IMG/VR virus record: IMGVR_UViG_3300031867_003838
Span: 44,671 to 108,670 of that record
Strand: one strand, 5' to 3'
Length of the DNA stretch: 64,000 bases
Source: a virus
Lineage: Duplodnaviria; Heunggongvirae; Uroviricota; Caudoviricetes
Numbering within the stretch: position 1 is the first letter of the stretch; every line of letters starts with the position of its first letter. The notes under the pieces were generated by a model that saw only the letters and a list, made by a program, of their open reading frames with translations, had not been told where the DNA came from and searched no databases. The translations under genes and the position numbers were made by a program. Positions 11,667 through 21,613 of the stretch are shown here, piece after piece.

Positions 11667-11695
11667 GGGCTGCCGCTTAATGCGGCAGCTCTTAT
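11667..11695 (+). terminator. Hairpin after the tape measure gene (gctgccgc-ttaat-gcggcagc + tcttat)
   Basis: 8-bp perfect stem directly after the TMP stop. Weak U-tract. Confidence 0.3.
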
Positions 11696-11712
11696 GATTG
11701 GAGGAAAGGAAT

Positions 11713-12021
11713 ATGTTTGACGGAATAAAACTGAAAATGCTTCAAAAGGAAAACGCTTCATTGAAAGATTTGGTCATGTCACTCAAAGAAGAGAATGAAT
11801 CACTCGTTACTCAGAAGGAAGACTTGGAACGACGCATTAAATTATACGAGGGAAGAATGCATCTGGCAGATGACATGATCTCACATTACCAGGATGCGAT
11901 GAAGAACATTGAAGAAATGAAGAAGGAATACAACAGAGCAATTGAAGAAACCCAATTGATGAGGTCGGAATACCGAGGAAAGTTAGACGACCTGCTTAAT
12001 AGCATAAGGATAGAGGAATGA
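11713..12021 (+). CDS. Hypothetical coiled-coil protein
   Basis: ORF with RBS GGAGGAAAGGAAT before the second ATG (the ORF track starts at 11698). Heptad-like E/K-rich sequence. Confidence 0.5.
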   Translation: MFDGIKLKMLQKENASLKDLVMSLKEENESLVTQKEDLERRIKLYEGRMHLADDMISHYQDAMKNIEEMKKEYNRAIEETQLMRSEYRGKLDDLLNSIRIEE

Positions 12022-12022
12022 T

Positions 12023-12832
12023 ATGTACGCCTTGGATTTTGAATATGACGGCCGTAGGTTAAGCGATTACAATTTTATGATTTGTAATTTTGGCGATGGA
12101 GAAGATACGGCGACAGCTGGATCGAAGATTACCTTTGAGACCGTCCCTGTTCATGACGGCAAACGGTATCTTCTATCACACACAAAATATGATGAATATA
12201 TTGAAACGACGTTTACGATTTGTAAGAACCCATGTTATTACGATGACTTGGTTATTACCAACGCAGAATACAGAGATATAATGCGTTGGCTGAATCGACG
12301 CAACTTTTACAGGTTCCAGCTTTTCGACCAGTATGATCAGTATAGGGAATCATGCTGGTATGAGGCTAGTTTCAATATTGAAAAATATATGTCAGAAGGA
12401 AAGCTGGTAGGACTTATATTAACTTTGACTACTAATACTCCATTCGGATACGGGCAAGATCAAACCGTAACGTGGAATATCACGGACACTGGTACACCGA
12501 AGATCCTGAGCAATATTTCAGACGAGATCGGTTACATATATCCGTCCATGAAGATCACGCTTCGGTCTTCTGGTAATCTCAGAATCTATAATGATCTTGA
12601 AGATTGTGAGATGATCATCAAGAATTGTTCGTCCGGTGAAGTAATCACAATAGATGGAATGACTCATATTATACAGTCGTCCAATAGTTCTCATAAGATT
12701 TACAATGATTTTAATTTTGTATATCTGAGAATTGCAAATACTTTGAATAATCGAAACAACAGGATTACGGTTTCATTACCGTGCTTGTTTGAATTAACTT
12801 ATACACCAATCATTAAAGACGCGCCAGACTAA
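12023..12832 (+). CDS. Distal tail protein (Dit)-like, by position
   Basis: 269 aa, RBS GGAGGAATGAT ATG. Sits between the TMP and the Tal-like gene as in siphovirus tail-tip modules. Assignment is positional, not from a recognised motif. Confidence 0.4.
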   Translation: MYALDFEYDGRRLSDYNFMICNFGDGEDTATAGSKITFETVPVHDGKRYLLSHTKYDEYIETTFTICKNPCYYDDLVITNAEYRDIMRWLNRRNFYRFQLFDQYDQYRESCWYEASFNIEKYMSEGKLVGLILTLTTNTPFGYGQDQTVTWNITDTGTPKILSNISDEIGYIYPSMKITLRSSGNLRIYNDLEDCEMIIKNCSSGEVITIDGMTHIIQSSNSSHKIYNDFNFVYLRIANTLNNRNNRITVSLPCLFELTYTPIIKDAPD

Positions 12833-12839
12833 GAAAGGG

Positions 12840-15800
12840 GTGACACATATGGCGGTAAGGATACAATTCGACAGCAATCATACTGCGATCAGGCCGACAT
12901 TTGTTGTTGCCACTAGATCAGGAGACAAACTTGGGTATATCCCTACGGCAGAATTGCATGTGCATGATATATTTTCTGCGACAGGTCAAGCGGCAGAGGT
13001 CTCCTTCGACGTTTATAAATATGATGGTGAAGTACGCTATACTCACTGGGAAGAGATCAAGAACCTCCGCCTATGTTGGTGCAAGGAATGGGACCAGTGG
13101 TACGAGATGCAAGTTGACACGCAGGATGAACGAGCCATAGTAAAGCACGTAACGTGTACTGCTTTGGGTGAAGCAGAATTGTCTCAAACTATGATTTATG
13201 GTCTTGAGATCAATACGGAAAACGACATCGCAAGAGATGATTACAACCATTATGGACTTCCGGATGAGACGCACGCACTCTGGGATGACCGCTTCATGCA
13301 CAACTCGATCTTGTATAGACTTATGTCTAAAGTACCACATTACTCAATTGATCATGTCGACGCGACGATTGCAAAAGAACAAAGGACATTTTCATTCAAC
13401 GGAATGAGCGTCTATGACTGCCTTCAGGAAATTGCCCTTGAATATGAATGCGTTGTATTTGTCCACGCAAATTCAAATCCAGACGGAAGTATACACCGAG
13501 GTATTAGTCTCTATGATTTACAAAATACTTGCCAATCATGTGGAGAGCGTGGAGAGTTTTTACACGTATGCAGCAAGTGTGGTAGTTCAAATATCAAACG
13601 CGGGTACGGCGAAGACACGACGGTATTTGTTAACACTGAGAATCTTGCTGAAAATATCTCGTTGACAACAGATCTCGGAGAAGTAAAGAACTGCTTTAAA
13701 CTAAGCGGCGGAGATGATCTGATGACAGCCGCCATTGTTTCATGTCTGCCAACGGGTACACCGTATATCTGGATGTTTACGGAAGAAACCAAGAACGATT
13801 TTACGCCGGCATTGAAATCCAGGTTTGAACAGTACCAACGAGATTACGAGTATTACAATAATACATACCCGACTTACATCGACGCATCATTAGTTTCGAA
13901 TTACAACAGTCACATCATGAAGTACCGCCAGTATGACGGGAAACTTGAAGCTATCCAAAATCCGATTGTTGGATATTCGAGATTGATGAAAATCTATTAC
14001 GACGTAATTGATTTCGAACTGTACCTTGAGCACTCGCTTATGCCGACTAGAAAGATGTCGTCGACCAGCGCGTACTCACAGTCACTTAAGATTAGCAATT
14101 CCGACTCTTCTATGAAGAAGGTTGCGGTAAACATAATCAATATTGATTACTGCACGGTCAGTACTGCAGATGGAGCTGCTCTATCTGTGGCAAAATCACT
14201 TGTCGACCCACGTTATAGTGTCGAGCTTGAGAGTTCAACTTATGACGAGGGAACTCATAAGTGGTCAGGCACGTTCAAGATTAAGAATTATTCTGATGAG
14301 ACAGACTCAACCACTAGAAGTGTAAGTAATGTCGAAATCATTTCTGACAAAGATCTGTATACAAGACAGCTGATGAAGCGTGCGCTGAAAGACAAGATCA
14401 GTTCTGCGACAGAAGAAACCGCAAGTGACATTGTAGAACTCTGCGAATTGTCGAGAACTTCTTTCAGAAGAGCATTGAAGAATTACAGCCAAGCTTGTTT
14501 GAAGGAATTCTCAATGTTAATCCAAACGTGTTTGGATGTCATGACGGAACAGGGAGTCACAGACGGAAGCAGTTGGGACGCAGAAATATATCCTCATCTA
14601 TACGAGCCGTATCATACGAAGCTGTGTGATGTACAGGATGAACTAGCAATTCGTGATCACGAAGTCATGACAATCACTGGCGTTGTCGACGCAAATGGTA
14701 AGATTATACGTCCAGGTTTAAAGACTGTGATCGAAGAAAAGCTCGACTATATTCAGAAGCAACTCGAAATGAAACCGTATTTCGGAGAACAGCTTTACAA
14801 TGAGCTTCTGGCATTCAGACGAGAAGACGAATATACGAACAGCAATTACATTTCTGATGGTCTAAGCAACCACGAATTATTTGCCAGAGCGAAGAAGTTT
14901 CTTGAACTGGCAGAAAGAGATTTGTTCAAGTCAGCTCATATTCAACATACGATCGACTCAACCATGCAGAATCTTCTTGCCATGGAAGAGTTCAAGCCCA
15001 TTGTCGATTACTTCACGGTAGGCAACTGGATCAGGATTGAAATTGACGAGCAGCTATTTATGCTTCGACTTGTTTCATATGATATCAACTTCGAAGACTT
15101 GTCCGAGTTTAGTGTCACATTCTCTGACGCAAAGCTATTAACCAATGGTATCAGTGACCTAGAGTCGTTATTGAAAGGCGCATCTGGAATGGCTACATCA
15201 TTCACGTCCGTGCAACGACAGGTAGCGAAGGTTGCAGATACGGCCGGTCAAGTTGATGATTGGTTTACAAATGGACTTGATGTTTCAAAATCGCTCGTTA
15301 CTGATCAGTCAAACAACTGCTGTGTCACATGGGATGCGAACGGAATTTTGTGTAGGGACTACTCTCCCACTACAGATTCCTATAGCGATTGTCAGCTTAA
15401 GATCCTTACGAACGGCATGTATTTGACAACAGACAACTGGTTAACCATCAGAGCCGCCATTGGCAAATTCTACTACTACGATCCTTTCGACGAAATGACG
15501 CTTAAAGAAGGTTATGGTATCAACGGCGAAACGATTGTCGGCAGATTGATTCTTGGGCAAGAGCTTGGCATTTATAACGCCGAAGCCAACATGGCGTTCA
15601 ACGAAGACGGCCTTCTAATCCGCAATACATCTGGATCGATTGAAGTCGCGATCAATCCAAACGACCCTGACGTCATCTCGATTAAGAACAACACTGAAAC
15701 GGTTTTGGGATTCACGACCGATGTTGAAGACGGCGAGACACGTCTTTATATTCGTGGAATGATTGAAGCTGATAAGGGTCAGATTGGCGGTTGGTCAATT

Positions 15801-16676
15801 GGCAAATCGAAAATCTACGCGGGCGATGCTGTCACTGGTACGGTGGCGCTCAGACGTCCGCAGGCAGGTAGGAGCACAATTGTTTTTGCGGCAGGCGGAA
15901 AGAGCCATGATGACTACCATGACTGTCCTTTCATTATTAGATCGACTGGTGATTTCGAAGCTAAGAAAGGTAGCATAGCCAATTGGAAAATTGCTACTGA
16001 TAAATTGTACGGAGGCAGAGAAGGCGACGGTAGCTGTACGATGGTTGGTATTGCAACACGTGAAGGTGGTGCGGTTTTTGCTGCCGGTGGTTATACATTT
16101 GAAACGCAGGATACGTACCGCTTCAAGGTGACAAAGCGCGGTCAGTGCTTCACATCGGACGGCATGGTTCATACATCTGACGCAAAGATGAAGGACATTA
16201 TTGGGGACATCGGATTTGCAAAGGATTTCATAATGAACCTTGAGCCAAAGACTTACATGTGGAAGATGGGCGATCATCGCAGAACCAGGATGGGATTCGT
16301 AGCACAAGATGTCGCGAGGATTTGCAAGGACATGAATAGAAATTTGGCAGTTGTAACTGCTTCTTATAAAGGTGAAGTTGATGGCGCATACTACGGCGAG
16401 GAGACCGATGATACGAAACTCACATGGGGAATCACTTATGACGAGATCATTGCTCCCCTTGTTAAGGTGGTGCAAGATCAGCAACGTGAAATAGAAATTT
16501 TGAAGGAGAGAATAAATGGAGATAACGAATGGCAGCTTGCTGCTGATGAACGACGTGCTGAACAAGTACGCGAACAGGAGACTTCCGCAGAAGATATCAT
16601 ACGCGATAGTTCGCAACCTGACGATTCTGGCGAAGGAGATGAACGTGTACAACAGAGCACTGGAAAAGATTATTGA
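12840..16676 (+). CDS. Tail-associated lysin/fibre (Tal-like) with C-terminal intramolecular chaperone (peptidase S74-like) domain
   Basis: 1278 aa. C-terminus GFVAQDVARI...WGITYDEIIAPLVKVVQDQQREIEILKERI matches the autoproteolytic chaperone motif of endosialidase and tail-spike proteins. Internal Zn-ribbon CQSCGERGEFLHVCSKCGSSN. Follows the Dit-like gene. Confidence 0.6.
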   Translation: MTHMAVRIQFDSNHTAIRPTFVVATRSGDKLGYIPTAELHVHDIFSATGQAAEVSFDVYKYDGEVRYTHWEEIKNLRLCWCKEWDQWYEMQVDTQDERAIVKHVTCTALGEAELSQTMIYGLEINTENDIARDDYNHYGLPDETHALWDDRFMHNSILYRLMSKVPHYSIDHVDATIAKEQRTFSFNGMSVYDCLQEIALEYECVVFVHANSNPDGSIHRGISLYDLQNTCQSCGERGEFLHVCSKCGSSNIKRGYGEDTTVFVNTENLAENISLTTDLGEVKNCFKLSGGDDLMTAAIVSCLPTGTPYIWMFTEETKNDFTPALKSRFEQYQRDYEYYNNTYPTYIDASLVSNYNSHIMKYRQYDGKLEAIQNPIVGYSRLMKIYYDVIDFELYLEHSLMPTRKMSSTSAYSQSLKISNSDSSMKKVAVNIINIDYCTVSTADGAALSVAKSLVDPRYSVELESSTYDEGTHKWSGTFKIKNYSDETDSTTRSVSNVEIISDKDLYTRQLMKRALKDKISSATEETASDIVELCELSRTSFRRALKNYSQACLKEFSMLIQTCLDVMTEQGVTDGSSWDAEIYPHLYEPYHTKLCDVQDELAIRDHEVMTITGVVDANGKIIRPGLKTVIEEKLDYIQKQLEMKPYFGEQLYNELLAFRREDEYTNSNYISDGLSNHELFARAKKFLELAERDLFKSAHIQHTIDSTMQNLLAMEEFKPIVDYFTVGNWIRIEIDEQLFMLRLVSYDINFEDLSEFSVTFSDAKLLTNGISDLESLLKGASGMATSFTSVQRQVAKVADTAGQVDDWFTNGLDVSKSLVTDQSNNCCVTWDANGILCRDYSPTTDSYSDCQLKILTNGMYLTTDNWLTIRAAIGKFYYYDPFDEMTLKEGYGINGETIVGRLILGQELGIYNAEANMAFNEDGLLIRNTSGSIEVAINPNDPDVISIKNNTETVLGFTTDVEDGETRLYIRGMIEADKGQIGGWSIGKSKIYAGDAVTGTVALRRPQAGRSTIVFAAGGKSHDDYHDCPFIIRSTGDFEAKKGSIANWKIATDKLYGGREGDGSCTMVGIATREGGAVFAAGGYTFETQDTYRFKVTKRGQCFTSDGMVHTSDAKMKDIIGDIGFAKDFIMNLEPKTYMWKMGDHRRTRMGFVAQDVARICKDMNRNLAVVTASYKGEVDGAYYGEETDDTKLTWGITYDEIIAPLVKVVQDQQREIEILKERINGDNEWQLAADERRAEQVREQETSAEDIIRDSSQPDDSGEGDERVQQSTGKDY

Positions 16677-16905
16677 TGATTATAAAGACTATCAAATTGA
16701 TGGGGAGACGTTTAACAACGGGTTACCGGCCGTAGATAACGATCATAAAAATGCGTATTTTAATGATGTCAACGAGCTGCTTCATATAAAGCTGAATGTG
16801 GACTTGTACAAAATCGACCAGTCCGTATTCGATTATGAAGAGTCAGACCGGTATGATCCCCTATCTGCTCTGGAGATTATTGAGCTTCAGGGAATATTAT
16901 GTTGA
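16516..16905 (+). CDS. Hypothetical protein; gene overlaps the 3' end of the Tal-like gene in another frame
   Basis: Strong RBS GAAGGAGAGAATAA ATG. The translation is globular-looking, whereas the overlapping frame-0 tail of the Tal gene is low complexity. Confidence 0.45.
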   Translation: MEITNGSLLLMNDVLNKYANRRLPQKISYAIVRNLTILAKEMNVYNRALEKIIDDYKDYQIDGETFNNGLPAVDNDHKNAYFNDVNELLHIKLNVDLYKIDQSVFDYEESDRYDPLSALEIIELQGILC

Positions 16906-16919
16906 AAGGACGGTAGGTC

Positions 16920-17489
16920 ATGGATGTTTTAGTGGACGTATCTAATCAGCGTATTCGTCTTTCAACCCATATCAATGCTTTTGTCGCAGGTACAAAGAGT
17001 TTTATACGGTTCGTATTTAACCTATCTGACGAGTGGAGAGATCTGAACAAGTACGCGCAATTCACACAAGGTAATATCTCGTACAATCAGTCGCTGTTTA
17101 ATGACTACTATTGCTGGCTACCAGAGGATTTAAGACCGGGCGAATGTACGATGACCCTTGTCGGCGAAAACGGTACTACAAAAGCAGTCACAGATGCGCT
17201 TACATTTAAAATTATTGATTCTATCCTGTACGACGGCGGAGAGAGCGATCCTGGACAGCCCGACCTTTCAGTCGCATTAATTGATGGTAGAGAACATTAT
17301 ATCGTGACGAATGGCGGATTGGGCATTGTAGCAGGTGCGACTAGTGCCAGAATCACAGATTTAAACACATCTACTTTCTTCGATGAGTCAGACTACCTGA
17401 TGATTGATAGCAGATTATATGGTTCGAGAAAATTCAGGTTCGACATATTGACAGAGGAAGAGATTGAGAACATCTGGGAGGGCTCGTAA
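16920..17489 (+). CDS. Baseplate/receptor-binding protein paralog A (shared N-terminal domain, short C-terminus)
   Basis: N-terminus MDVLVDVSNQRIRL...FIRFVFNLSDEW is homologous to the N-termini of 17489..18757 and 21614..22633. Confidence 0.5.
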   Translation: MDVLVDVSNQRIRLSTHINAFVAGTKSFIRFVFNLSDEWRDLNKYAQFTQGNISYNQSLFNDYYCWLPEDLRPGECTMTLVGENGTTKAVTDALTFKIIDSILYDGGESDPGQPDLSVALIDGREHYIVTNGGLGIVAGATSARITDLNTSTFFDESDYLMIDSRLYGSRKFRFDILTEEEIENIWEGS

Positions 17490-18757
17490 TGGATTTACTT
17501 GTCAGTGTTACAAACCAGCAGCTCCGCATGGAAAGCCAGATTAAGAAATTAATTTATGGGACGAAAGATTTTATACGTTTGGTGTTCTCATTGACCGGCG
17601 ACTGGGAAGGACTTCGTGTCTGCGCCCAATTCCGCCAGGGGCAAAATGTTTATAATAAATATCTTGATTCAGATAATTCGGTATACTTCCCGTCTGAGAT
17701 TCAGCCCGGCACTTGCTTCCTATTATTATATGGAACTGACGGTGAAAGAACGGCATTGACCGACATGATGAAAATCGTGGTAGATGAGAATCAGTATATC
17801 ACAAATGCTTCCAGCACGCAGATTACACAGACGCTGTATGAGCAATTGATTTCTTACATTAATAGCACGGTAAGTGGGATTGATTCAAGAGTAGCATCTT
17901 TGGAGGCGTCAAGTCCGACGCATGCTACCACTGCTGCTCTTACGGCAGAAACGGAACGTGCTTCGAATGCAGAGTCAGTTTTGTCAAATCGTGACGATGC
18001 TATTTCGGACAGTTTAGCAAATGAAATAAGCCGCGCAACTCTAGCTGAAAATGCCATTACCGGCAGAGTTGATGCAATAGAACACAGCATTGGCAATATT
18101 TCAGGTGGAGAAACAGCGTCAGGCGGCTCGAAGAATCTTCTATGTATAGACAAACTGAATGGCGTGGTCGGTACTCGTTCATATGATCCTGGCAAATCAA
18201 ACGGCGAAGGAGCCTCATTAGGCGATGGTATTATTTTTGAATACGAAGGACCAAAGTATGGGGCGTATGAGATTACGGGATTGTCGAACCTTGAGGTTGG
18301 AAGTTATATAGCAAGTGTCGAGTTAGTCAAGCTCGATCCAGAAGACGAAGGGGACATAGACGAGTACGCGAACTATGTCTATATGACCGTGAAACTAAAT
18401 GAATCTTCTGGGGAACTTGCCGCCAAGCATGGCAACCCAGTTCTATTCGAATTGAATGGCGAGACCTTAATGACAGCAAAAGCGTACTTAAGAATTGTTG
18501 TTCCGGAAGATGAAACACTTGGTAGAGTTCTGTTCAAGCCAATGATCCGTGTCGCCGGTAATGGCGATGCAACTTATCAAAGATATACGCCAAACAACTC
18601 GATGCTGTATGAAATGATCAATGTAGTAAAAGAAGATGAAACCATACCAGGCAACTTGACCATAGGCGGGAATTTGCAAATCGGAAATGTAGTTCTAACC
18701 GAAGAACAACTTAACATGTTGGTCAATATCAAAAACGCCAATACTATACATTACTAA
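17489..18757 (+). CDS. Baseplate/receptor-binding protein paralog B
   Basis: N-terminus MDLLVSVTNQQLRM...YGTKDFIRLVFSLTGDWEG...NVYNKYLDSDNSVYFP. It is followed by an Ala/Ser/Thr-rich (coiled-coil-like) segment and a divergent C-terminal domain. The ATG overlaps the upstream stop (TAATG). Confidence 0.55.
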   Translation: MDLLVSVTNQQLRMESQIKKLIYGTKDFIRLVFSLTGDWEGLRVCAQFRQGQNVYNKYLDSDNSVYFPSEIQPGTCFLLLYGTDGERTALTDMMKIVVDENQYITNASSTQITQTLYEQLISYINSTVSGIDSRVASLEASSPTHATTAALTAETERASNAESVLSNRDDAISDSLANEISRATLAENAITGRVDAIEHSIGNISGGETASGGSKNLLCIDKLNGVVGTRSYDPGKSNGEGASLGDGIIFEYEGPKYGAYEITGLSNLEVGSYIASVELVKLDPEDEGDIDEYANYVYMTVKLNESSGELAAKHGNPVLFELNGETLMTAKAYLRIVVPEDETLGRVLFKPMIRVAGNGDATYQRYTPNNSMLYEMINVVKEDETIPGNLTIGGNLQIGNVVLTEEQLNMLVNIKNANTIHY

Positions 18758-18772
18758 GAAAGGGAGGATCTT

Positions 18773-21601
18773 ATGGCTGATGTATTAGTTGAAGAGTCCT
18801 CTCTGGAGGAACTTGGAGATGCAATCAGAACTGTTAACCGTTCTGATAACACTTATTTACCTGAAGAAATGCCACAGGCAGTTTTGGACTTGGCAAATAC
18901 TAACTTCGAAAAACAGATATTTTTGGATGTAATTGCTAGGGCTTCTACATGTGATGAGGTTCTCAATCTTGAGGGCACGACTGAAATTGGAGATTTAGCA
19001 TTCTGTCAAGAACGTAGGATAAAAAAGATCTACGCAAATAACGTTGAACGTGTTGGCGCTGGAGCTTTTGCAAATTGTTATGTGTACCTTGACGGAAACC
19101 AATGGCATGTGCAGGATGGTATTATTGACAGCGGATCGTTAGAAGAAATAGTACTATCAAAATGTACGGAACTTGGATATGGGACATTCGCAAACAATAA
19201 AATGATTAGAAATATATATATACCATTAATTGATACTATACCACCGTATTGTTTTTACCAATGCACAAATTTAATGATTACGGAAATACCATCTACGATA
19301 ACGTCGATTGGGGAACGTGCATTTTTTGGGTGTACAAATTTAATGATTACGGAAATACCATCTACGATAACGTCGATTGGGGAACGTGCATTTTTTGGGT
19401 GTACAAATTTAACGATTACGGAAATACCATCTACGATAACGTCGATTGGGCAGTATACGTTTTATAGCTGCGGAGGTATAAAAACTCTTACATTAGACAT
19501 ACCAAATTGTAGTGGTCTTAAGTCATACACATTTGAATATTGTAATGGTTTAACGGACTTAGTAATCAAATATGTTAGGTATGTAAATGACCCACAAAAT
19601 ATCTTTGGATATTGTACAAATTTAACAACGGTTGATTTCTATCAGGATACTGATCAGGATAAAATTGCGCCTTGTATGTTCATTGGTTGTACTAACCTTA
19701 GAAGTTTCATTTTTCCACCAAATTTAACAACGATTGCCAATAATGCTTTTCGTGATTGTACAAATCTCAATCAAATAGAGTTGCCTGACACTGTTACATC
19801 CATTGAGTCTTATGCATTTTATTACTGTAATGAAATGGTACTAAATAGAATGCCGAGAGATTTACAAACAATTGGTAATTACGCTTTTTATTATTGTTAT
19901 AAATTGAAAAGGCTCATATTTAATACTAAATTGAAATCAATTGGATCAAATGCATTCTATAATTGTACCGGGATAGACGTAGTAGATTTGCCGTCATCAC
20001 TAACCACTGTGAGTTCGCAAGCATTCTATAATAATACTGCTTTACAATGTGTTGTGTTTCATGGCAAAACAACATCATTAAGTAGTAATGCATTTTCGAA
20101 TTGTATAAATCTGAGAGATATCTATGTACCATGGGCACAAGGGGAAGTATCATACGCGCCATGGGGAGCTACTAACGCAACTGTGCATTATAATACAACA
20201 GATGCAGATTTTGAGCGTCTGTATTCTGTAACAGAATTTGATGTTCGTGGATCAAATTTAATCCTTTGGTTTGAAGGATCGGAAACCTTTCTATCCACAT
20301 CATTTAATATATTATGTAGTGATGAGAATAAAGAAATCCAATGGAGTGTGCCAAATGGAGTTGAGGTAATAGATGACAAATTACTTAGATTGGTACGCAA
20401 TAATACAGTTGGCAACATAATATCTGTAACTGCTACTCCAGTAAATAATCCTTCTCTGGCAAAGACTGTCGAAATTGAAGTAGTTGAGCCATCAGACATC
20501 TTTAATGGAGCAAATACTATATCTCTTGCTCATTCGACTGGTGTTACAATTGAGTCGAGTAATATAGATGAATATGGAATTATGAATATGATGGGTTATG
20601 AATCAAGCGCTGGGTATGAAGGTTTTAATATAATGCTTTCTAATTTAGAGCCATATAGATTATATGAGTTGCATTTTGATTTTCAAGTCACGCAAGGCGG
20701 CGATTATATAAGCGGATACGCTCTTGATTATAAAGCGTTTGATGATCTTAGGTCAGATTATAATTATTATAATTACTATTGGGAAAATAAAATTGACCGT
20801 GATTTTCAAAAACACAATCATGTTATAAGATTTATGCCTTGCGGTACTACAGCTTATTTATCATTTAATCTGACTGCGTTGTCAGATGACACACAGAATT
20901 ATTTCAATATAAGTAATTTTTATGCGATTAAACCGAATATAACGCCATTGATTAATGATGTATCGACTCGAAGCTCAGGGTTACGTTTATATTACGATGC
21001 TCTGCTTAATGGCTCAGATACAACAAAATTGATTGATTTGAGTGGTAATGATAATGATGGCATTTCATATGGCATCACGTTCAATACAGATAGTTTTGGG
21101 TTTTCTGGGAATAGCAATTCTTATGTTGATTGTGGAGATGTTCAGAACGCACTAAGTTCATTCGAAATATACTGCAAACCAAATGGTAGTTCTGATTATT
21201 TAATATTTAACAATTTACAATATGGTGGTTGGTATTTTGGAATTTATAATTATCAGCCAAGAGTTGGCTATAATATAAACGGTATAGAACGATATTTTTA
21301 TTACAATGGGCCAAGAGTTACTTCAACTGAATATACTCATTTTATAGGGACATATGACGGTAATTCTATAAAGCTGTATGTTAATGGTGAATTAGGGCAA
21401 ACATCAAACTACGTTGGTAGGATTACTCCGCCACGTTATAATACACATATAATTCTTGGCGGCGGTGCTTATCAAAATAGATCAAGTAACTACTATTACA
21501 ACGGTCAGATTCGCACGGCTCGCGTCTATGCTCGTGCTTTAACCGCCGAAGAAGTACAGGCACACTACGAATATGATTACAATAGATACGAAAATGTTTA
21601 A
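18773..21601 (+). CDS. BspA-type leucine-rich-repeat protein with C-terminal LamG/concanavalin-like lectin domain (putative adhesin/RBP)
   Basis: Tandem ~23-aa LRRs (CTNL.ITEIPSTITSIG..AF..C) of the BspA/Treponema-type class. C-terminal segment (YTHFIGTYDGNSIKLYVNGELGQ...RVYARALTAEEV) is typical of a LamG domain. Confidence 0.6.
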   Translation: MADVLVEESSLEELGDAIRTVNRSDNTYLPEEMPQAVLDLANTNFEKQIFLDVIARASTCDEVLNLEGTTEIGDLAFCQERRIKKIYANNVERVGAGAFANCYVYLDGNQWHVQDGIIDSGSLEEIVLSKCTELGYGTFANNKMIRNIYIPLIDTIPPYCFYQCTNLMITEIPSTITSIGERAFFGCTNLMITEIPSTITSIGERAFFGCTNLTITEIPSTITSIGQYTFYSCGGIKTLTLDIPNCSGLKSYTFEYCNGLTDLVIKYVRYVNDPQNIFGYCTNLTTVDFYQDTDQDKIAPCMFIGCTNLRSFIFPPNLTTIANNAFRDCTNLNQIELPDTVTSIESYAFYYCNEMVLNRMPRDLQTIGNYAFYYCYKLKRLIFNTKLKSIGSNAFYNCTGIDVVDLPSSLTTVSSQAFYNNTALQCVVFHGKTTSLSSNAFSNCINLRDIYVPWAQGEVSYAPWGATNATVHYNTTDADFERLYSVTEFDVRGSNLILWFEGSETFLSTSFNILCSDENKEIQWSVPNGVEVIDDKLLRLVRNNTVGNIISVTATPVNNPSLAKTVEIEVVEPSDIFNGANTISLAHSTGVTIESSNIDEYGIMNMMGYESSAGYEGFNIMLSNLEPYRLYELHFDFQVTQGGDYISGYALDYKAFDDLRSDYNYYNYYWENKIDRDFQKHNHVIRFMPCGTTAYLSFNLTALSDDTQNYFNISNFYAIKPNITPLINDVSTRSSGLRLYYDALLNGSDTTKLIDLSGNDNDGISYGITFNTDSFGFSGNSNSYVDCGDVQNALSSFEIYCKPNGSSDYLIFNNLQYGGWYFGIYNYQPRVGYNINGIERYFYYNGPRVTSTEYTHFIGTYDGNSIKLYVNGELGQTSNYVGRITPPRYNTHIILGGGAYQNRSSNYYYNGQIRTARVYARALTAEEVQAHYEYDYNRYENV
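19265..19450 (+). repeat. 69-bp tandem repeat (2 perfect copies + 48-nt third copy with 1 mismatch) encoding one LRR unit
   Basis: The 69-nt unit acaaatttaatgattacggaaataccatctacgataacgtcgattggggaacgtgcattttttgggtgt is repeated at 19265 and 19334. Partial copy at 19403. Confidence 0.9.
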
Positions 21602-21613
21602 GGGAGGTGAAGT

